From Candidatus Kuenenia stuttgartensis (lineage in GTDB: Bacteria; Planctomycetota; Brocadiia; Brocadiales; Brocadiaceae), in assembly GCF_900232105.1 (NCBI RefSeq), contig NZ_LT934425.1:540001-572000 (forward strand): a stretch of 32,000 bases of DNA. Direction: 5' to 3'. The translations under genes and the position numbers were made by a program. Shown piece after piece: positions 26,756 through 32,000 of this stretch; positions within the stretch are counted from its first letter, which is position 1; each line of letters starts with the position of its first letter. The notes beneath the pieces were generated by a model. That model was not told the origin of the DNA and did not search any database. It worked only from the letters and a program-made list of their open reading frames with translations.

Positions 26756-27754
26756 TTATGTAAATTGCTCAAATCTTTTTTTATCTCTTAAATAGCTCTT
26801 AATACGCCTTAACAGTGACACAAAATATTTTATGATATGTTTTGGAAAATCTCTGACGAAGGTTTTCTTTACCTCTTTCTTAATATCCTCCGGGATATTT
26901 CCCAACATTCGTTTTATGTCTTCCCATTCAAAATAAGCACACTTAGTTATCAAAAAACTCACGATTGCACGAGCATAATACATTTTTAGATAATCCATCT
27001 CGTCCTTGTCAAAACTGATACTTTTATAATTACTTAGATTTTTATATCCAAAATCTAAATACTCCAATATATGAAATCCATGCTTAACCAAATAATAAAA
27101 TCCGCCTTTTTTATCTCTCCCCGATTTTGTCAGAACATAATGAACAAAACCAAACTTGTATTTATCCAGTAGTTTAAATACTAATTCCACATCACTCTGG
27201 TTATATTTGCTGTTAAATCCATTGAACTCAAAAAACACACTTTTTTTATACATGACAGTATTTGGGGAGCCGTCGGCAACATGCAATTTCAACAGGATTT
27301 GCTGTTTCAGTATCTCAGCGCCGTTAAAAACATTCTGTTCAATCGGTAAGCCCATGCTTGTTACATAACGGCCAGCTATACGATATGCGGATACAATACC
27401 AATCTGCTCATCCATCTCACCGACTTTGACCATTTTTTCAACACAATCCGGAAATAAATAATCATCAGCCAATGCATACTTTATCCATTTGGAATTGTCC
27501 GAACAGTAACCGGCGCATATATTAAAGTTATCATCCATACATACTGTCTTTTCATTCCGGTAAACCCTGATGCGGGAGTCTTTCTTTCTGTATTTTTCTA
27601 TAATGGATGGGGTGTTATCAGTAGAAGCATTATCTACGATGATATATTCAAAATTCTCATAGGTCTGAGTAAGTACGCCTTTAATGCAATCTTCGATGTG
27701 ATCCTCTCCGTTATACACAGGACTGCAAATACTGACTAATGTTTTAGTGTTCAA
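26756..27754 (-). CDS. Family 2 glycosyltransferase
   Basis: VSICSPVYNGEDHIEDCIKGVLTQTYENFEYIIVDNASTDNTPSIIEKYRKKDSRIRVYRNE: classical GT2 GT-A start. Confidence 0.9.
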   Translation of the reverse strand: MNTKTLVSICSPVYNGEDHIEDCIKGVLTQTYENFEYIIVDNASTDNTPSIIEKYRKKDSRIRVYRNEKTVCMDDNFNICAGYCSDNSKWIKYALADDYLFPDCVEKMVKVGEMDEQIGIVSAYRIAGRYVTSMGLPIEQNVFNGAEILKQQILLKLHVADGSPNTVMYKKSVFFEFNGFNSKYNQSDVELVFKLLDKYKFGFVHYVLTKSGRDKKGGFYYLVKHGFHILEYLDFGYKNLSNYKSISFDKDEMDYLKMYYARAIVSFLITKCAYFEWEDIKRMLGNIPEDIKKEVKKTFVRDFPKHIIKYFVSLLRRIKSYLRDKKRFEQFT

Positions 27755-27802
27755 TTTCCCTCTATTCCGGAACCGGAGTATTAAGTTTATTAAAAAACCT
27801 GT

Positions 27803-28978
27803 TCATTTCTGCATTTTCTCAGCGTTCTCTGCATATATCTCTTCGTAAGAATTAAATACTTCAATATAGCTTAGAATAGTATCCATGATATCAAGCTTTG
27901 TGTCATATCTCTCACGTACTACAAGCATAAAGATCCGCTCAATATAAAAAAACCAGCGATAAATCCTCTCAAAAGATTTCAGGCTCCCGGAAACGGCGGG
28001 AGTTATAGCATCTAATTTGGTAATAAGATATGGAAGTGCTGTTTCTATCTCTGCGCTTAATTTGTCAAGTGGAAGTTTCTGATGAAGGGTACGGAAAAAA
28101 AAGTAACTGTAAAAATCAAATAAGGCAGACCGGAAAGTTGCACTTTCCCAATCGATGACTTTTAATCCATGTCTTGTATTCAGCATATTAGCTGGGCAGA
28201 AATCTCCATGGGTAAGCACAAGAAAAATGAGTGAACTATCTTCGGAATGCACACGCTCACCCATCAAGTGAAAAAAACTTAATATTTTATCAATATTCTT
28301 TACACCTAATTCTTTCCTCAGTAAATTGCCAGACACTAAAGTATTTTTAATCTCATAAATATAATTTATTGTGTGTTTCTTTATTGGAAACTGACGTAGT
28401 ATCAAACTCTCAAGACATGGCACAATATCTTTATAAAACTTTTTTAGCAATATCTTAGAATCTCGCGGATTATTTGAATGGTCTTTAGCGCCACTAATAT
28501 ACTCTTCTTCACACCATCGTTCTTTGATATTTATTCTACTTATAGAGGGAGCAAAATCAAATAGAGCTCCATTTTTCAGACATTCCACTTCTTTTGTAAT
28601 AGTTGGAATATCGACATTATTTCGGTACACCTTTATTGCTACTCCGCTACGAATATTAAAAATTTTGTACCCTTTATTGACGAGTACACATGTTTGCCCG
28701 TAAAAAGGCAACTCTACTAACGAACCAATTTTTTGAATACCAAATTTGTATTTTACAAAACTGATAAACGTAAAAATATTTCCGTGAAAATAAGAAATAT
28801 ATTCGCGAATCTTGCGCTTAATCCATCGTATCGAACATTTTTTTAATCCAATTCCATTATTGGGACGTATGCTATTTTTTTTAAAAAATAGCACACAGAA
28901 CAACATAAATGGACTCTGTTGCAAACAAAAATAACGACCATGTTCCATGAATTTTATATACTGGTATTTACGTAACAT
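27803..28978 (-). CDS. APH/choline-kinase-like phosphotransferase
   Basis: LTHGDFCPANMLNTRHGLKVIDWESATFRSALFDFYSYFF contains the HGDxxxxN catalytic loop and the DWE metal-binding motif. Start codon uncertain. Confidence 0.75.
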   Translation of the reverse strand: MLRKYQYIKFMEHGRYFCLQQSPFMLFCVLFFKKNSIRPNNGIGLKKCSIRWIKRKIREYISYFHGNIFTFISFVKYKFGIQKIGSLVELPFYGQTCVLVNKGYKIFNIRSGVAIKVYRNNVDIPTITKEVECLKNGALFDFAPSISRINIKERWCEEEYISGAKDHSNNPRDSKILLKKFYKDIVPCLESLILRQFPIKKHTINYIYEIKNTLVSGNLLRKELGVKNIDKILSFFHLMGERVHSEDSSLIFLVLTHGDFCPANMLNTRHGLKVIDWESATFRSALFDFYSYFFFRTLHQKLPLDKLSAEIETALPYLITKLDAITPAVSGSLKSFERIYRWFFYIERIFMLVVRERYDTKLDIMDTILSYIEVFNSYEEIYAENAEKMQK

Positions 28979-29073
28979 AATTTGGTTTCACTTAACAATT
29001 GGAGATTTTCTTGCTAAAAAATACTATCGAATCAATGGTAATTAACTAATAAAGACATGCTTTACCTATTCGG

Positions 29074-30423
29074 TTATTTAGACAAGGTTGCTAAAACAGA
29101 CTTAGCGCTCTCTGAATGATATTGTGTCTTCCACTTCAGTAGCGGCCTTATGACTCCTCCGACATTCCCGCCATAATAATCCCCACGTGATAAATTGCCA
29201 TCGATACTGTCAACAACCTGAAAAGCTGCCGCATCAGGCACCTTAAAGCGGCGGATATTTGGATTTAAAGTTCTTAGAGTTGGTGTAATATAAAAAATTC
29301 CTTCTCCCAGAAGATTCCCGGGAATCTGTGCATGAGTCACATATCGTCCCGACAAGCGAGGACGATTTCGCCACTCGGGATCATTTTCAAAAGATATAAA
29401 CAATTCAATTCCTTCTTCGTTAATCAGGTGAAAATATGAAAACATATTAAATCCATGCCGAAACACTTCGTATACCATCTCAATAGTAACCGGTTGTCCT
29501 ATGTCAATTGCTTCTGATACGCAACCACTTTCTGAAAGAACCCGTACAGAGTATAAACGCACCACTTCATCACCTGGAGCTTCTTCAGGTTGCCAGGTTC
29601 GCTCTGCCCTCGTTCCTTTTTCTGATCCCATATAATGACTAATAACCTCATGAGACGGTCCATCATGCAAGATACCGCCTTTATTGATTAAAATGGTACG
29701 AGGACATATTCTTGTAACAGCAGCCATATTATGCGAAACAAAAAGGATGGTTCTTCCGTGCTTCCCGATCTCTTCCATTTTATTTAGGCATTTTTTTTGA
29801 AACTGAATGTCCCCAACTGCCAGAACTTCATCAATAAGAAGTACTTCAGGTTCAATGTGGGCTGCTACGGCAAAGGCAAGTCTGACCTTCATACCGCTGG
29901 AATACCTCTTTATTGGGGTATCAATGAATTTTTCAATGCCTGAGAAATCAACGATTTCATCAAACTTGCGATCCAATTCTTTTTTTCTCATGCCAAGTAT
30001 CGTACCGTTAAGATAAACATTTTCTCTCCCGGTGAGTTCCGGATGAAATCCTGTTCCAACCTCAAGAAGGCTTGATATTCTGCCTTGAATTTCCGCTCTT
30101 CCACCAGTCGGTTCGGTAATCTTAGAAAGTATTTTGAGAAGCGTTGATTTCCCCGCACCATTTAGTCCTATTATGCCAACAATTTCGCCCTGCCTGACTT
30201 CAAAAGAAACATTCTTTACCGCCCAAATTATATCAGAACTGTCATTCTCACGGTTCAGGTCATTAAATCTGTAGAGGGAACGATATTTCCGGTAATTTTC
30301 CAGAGGGCTTTTTATAAAGCTGAATATGCTCTTTGCAAAACTGTCGTGCATATTCTCTTTTAGCCCGATCCGATAACACTTACTGATATTTTCAACTTTT
30401 ATTACTATGTTTTTGTCTTGCAT
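29074..30423 (-). CDS. wzt: Polysaccharide ABC exporter ATP-binding protein with C-terminal Wzt-type carbohydrate-binding domain
   Basis: Walker A GLNGAGKSTLLK, signature YSSGMKVRLAFA, Walker B LLIDEVLAVGD, long C-terminal beta-rich domain. Start refined to MQDKN preceded by GAGG; the ORF track start is 30543. Confidence 0.85.
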   Translation of the reverse strand: MQDKNIVIKVENISKCYRIGLKENMHDSFAKSIFSFIKSPLENYRKYRSLYRFNDLNRENDSSDIIWAVKNVSFEVRQGEIVGIIGLNGAGKSTLLKILSKITEPTGGRAEIQGRISSLLEVGTGFHPELTGRENVYLNGTILGMRKKELDRKFDEIVDFSGIEKFIDTPIKRYSSGMKVRLAFAVAAHIEPEVLLIDEVLAVGDIQFQKKCLNKMEEIGKHGRTILFVSHNMAAVTRICPRTILINKGGILHDGPSHEVISHYMGSEKGTRAERTWQPEEAPGDEVVRLYSVRVLSESGCVSEAIDIGQPVTIEMVYEVFRHGFNMFSYFHLINEEGIELFISFENDPEWRNRPRLSGRYVTHAQIPGNLLGEGIFYITPTLRTLNPNIRRFKVPDAAAFQVVDSIDGNLSRGDYYGGNVGGVIRPLLKWKTQYHSESAKSVLATLSK

Positions 30424-30452
30424 ATTATTCCTCATAAGCTGAAATAGCCAAA

Positions 30453-31286
30453 TCAAATTACATCTACAATAATTCTCTCCATACGTCTGAAGTAGTATGC
30501 ACCGCTCAAAACCAGAAAAATGGCCGTGATTATTCCAGGCCATATGAATGGCCAGGGCAACGGCGTACCAAGCAGGCTCGCCCTGAAACCTTCGATCACG
30601 CCTACTATAGGGTTAAAAGAATAAATAATACGATATTTTTCCGGAATGGTGGATGCTGAATAAACAATAGGCGCCGTATAGATCAGTAGTTGCAGCAGAA
30701 AAGGTATTGCATGCTTAATATCACGAAACCTTATAGCAAGTGAAGAAAGCCAAAGTCCTATAGCCGCAGGAATTGATGCCATAAGGAGTATAAATAACGG
30801 CACAAAAAGAAGATTGAGGGTAGCCGGAACATTATAATAAAACATAACTGCCAGTACAATTACTATGGATATTGCGAAGTCAATAAGTCTTGATAGTATT
30901 GGCACAAGGGGGAATATCAGTCTTGGAATATAAACTTTACCCAGCATTTGCTGCCCTGACACCAGACTCTGACTGGATTCCTGCATCGCCTGTGACATAT
31001 ACGTCCAGGGAATAATTGCCACAGTTGAAAAGAGAAAATATGGTATACCCTCTGTTGACACGTTGGCAATTTTCCCAAATATGATGCTAAAAACAATAAT
31101 TTGCATGCCCGGTTTGAGTATGGCCCAGAATAATCCCAGAATTGTCTGAGCATACATAATCTTGATATCTCTCCAGGCAAGAAAATAAAACAGGTCTCTG
31201 TATTCAATAAATTCCTTCAGATTCAATATTTGCCAGCCCTTTTTCGGCTTAATAACAGTCAACTTGGTGTTGCTTGCGTTCAACAT
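30453..31286 (-). CDS. wzm: Polysaccharide ABC exporter permease (ABC2 type)
   Basis: YRDLFYFLAWRDIKIMYAQTILGLFWAILKPGMQIIVFSIIFGKIAN plus several TM helices. Start refined to MLNASNTK; the ORF track start is 31370. Confidence 0.85.
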   Translation of the reverse strand: MLNASNTKLTVIKPKKGWQILNLKEFIEYRDLFYFLAWRDIKIMYAQTILGLFWAILKPGMQIIVFSIIFGKIANVSTEGIPYFLFSTVAIIPWTYMSQAMQESSQSLVSGQQMLGKVYIPRLIFPLVPILSRLIDFAISIVIVLAVMFYYNVPATLNLLFVPLFILLMASIPAAIGLWLSSLAIRFRDIKHAIPFLLQLLIYTAPIVYSASTIPEKYRIIYSFNPIVGVIEGFRASLLGTPLPWPFIWPGIITAIFLVLSGAYYFRRMERIIVDVI

Positions 31287-32000
31287 ATCCCTTGATCTCC
31301 TTGATTCTCTTTTGCTAAGTTTACATATAAAGCCTTCATCAAATCTTCGGGTGTACCAATGTCCAGACAATTACCCTCTTTGAAAAGTACAGAATCAATC
31401 CGTATCTTATTCTCTATAGCGGCCTGAATAACATCTCCTACAAACAATTCTTTTTTATATCCTAAATTATCGCTCTCTTTTCTGCCTGATACATAATTAT
31501 GCATGTAATCTGTAAAAGCCGGTGTCCATACGGCAATCTGCCATGTATAAGTCAGTTGAGTATTTTCCGGTTTTATATGAAGCGCGCGAATCTGGCTATT
31601 AGTATCGAGTTCTACCATATCGTTTTTATGAGGACGATCAGTGGGAAAAAGCCCAAGCACTATGTCAGAACCTGTCTCTGCCTGTTTGTCAAGTACGCGC
31701 ACATATGCATTGTCCGGTTGAAATATTATATCAGGGAATCCTAAAGCAACGAGGGCATCCTGCACAAAGGGATATGCCTGATCCAATGTATAAGGTACTC
31801 CGTAAGGTAAACCCATCATCAAATATGCAAGGTGCATATCCAGCAATTTACCATCACCATAATAAGTGGGGATATCCCACTTCCCTTCACGTAATATAAT
31901 ATACGCCTTCGTGATGTTGGCCATTCGCATCTTCTCTAAAATATAATGACTGACAACTTTTGGACGCCGGGCATTATTATTTTCTACATAACGAAAGCCG
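31280..32000 (-). CDS. Sugar-nucleotide nucleotidyltransferase (RmlA/MurU/LicC-like), 5' end outside the window
   Basis: The reading frame continues upstream of the annotated ATG to the window edge (GFRYVENNNARRPKVVSHYILEKMRMANITKAYIILREGKW). C-terminal motifs FVGDVIQAAIENKIRIDSVLFKEGNCLDIGTPEDLMKA. Confidence 0.8.
   Translation of the reverse strand, partial: GFRYVENNNARRPKVVSHYILEKMRMANITKAYIILREGKWDIPTYYGDGKLLDMHLAYLMMGLPYGVPYTLDQAYPFVQDALVALGFPDIIFQPDNAYVRVLDKQAETGSDIVLGLFPTDRPHKNDMVELDTNSQIRALHIKPENTQLTYTWQIAVWTPAFTDYMHNYVSGRKESDNLGYKKELFVGDVIQAAIENKIRIDSVLFKEGNCLDIGTPEDLMKALYVNLAKENQGDQGIC

Overview
The window reads as mobile-element-rich accessory DNA, with an anammox or planctomycete-like flavour (inference only). 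It has four parts. (1) A 1703-bp unit encoding a 518-aa protein of unassigned family is present twice in the same orientation (6..1708 and 22202..23904). The copies are collinear and I saw one SNP. The second copy interrupts a dispersed intergenic repeat whose uninterrupted relative lies at 8365..8490. (2) 1.7-8.5 kb holds an outer-membrane beta-barrel gene, an IS110-family transposase, a MITE-like hairpin repeat present in two inverted copies, and a 768-aa fusion of a DruA-like (DUF4338) domain to an IS4/Tn5-type DDE transposase with about 32-bp imperfect inverted repeats. (3) A minus-strand operon-like array (21.6 -> 8.65 kb) encodes modular exported proteins. Its centre is a 3015-aa protein: N-terminal alkaline phosphatase, then an array of about 9 Ig-like (Big_5-like) and 5 LamG-like domains, then a C-terminal SGNH/GDSL-hydrolase-like domain with Gly where the catalytic Ser is expected. 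It contains a near-identical 1.3-kb in-frame internal duplication. (4) From 24.1 kb to the window end there is a polysaccharide biosynthesis and ABC export locus: nucleotidyltransferase, Wzm, Wzt, APH-like kinase, GT2, asparagine-synthase-like protein and a truncated glycosyltransferase, bordered by an ISAzo13-type transposase remnant. The best candidates for follow-up are the 518-aa element, the DUF4338-transposase fusion, and the giant phosphatase/LamG/SGNH protein with its companions.
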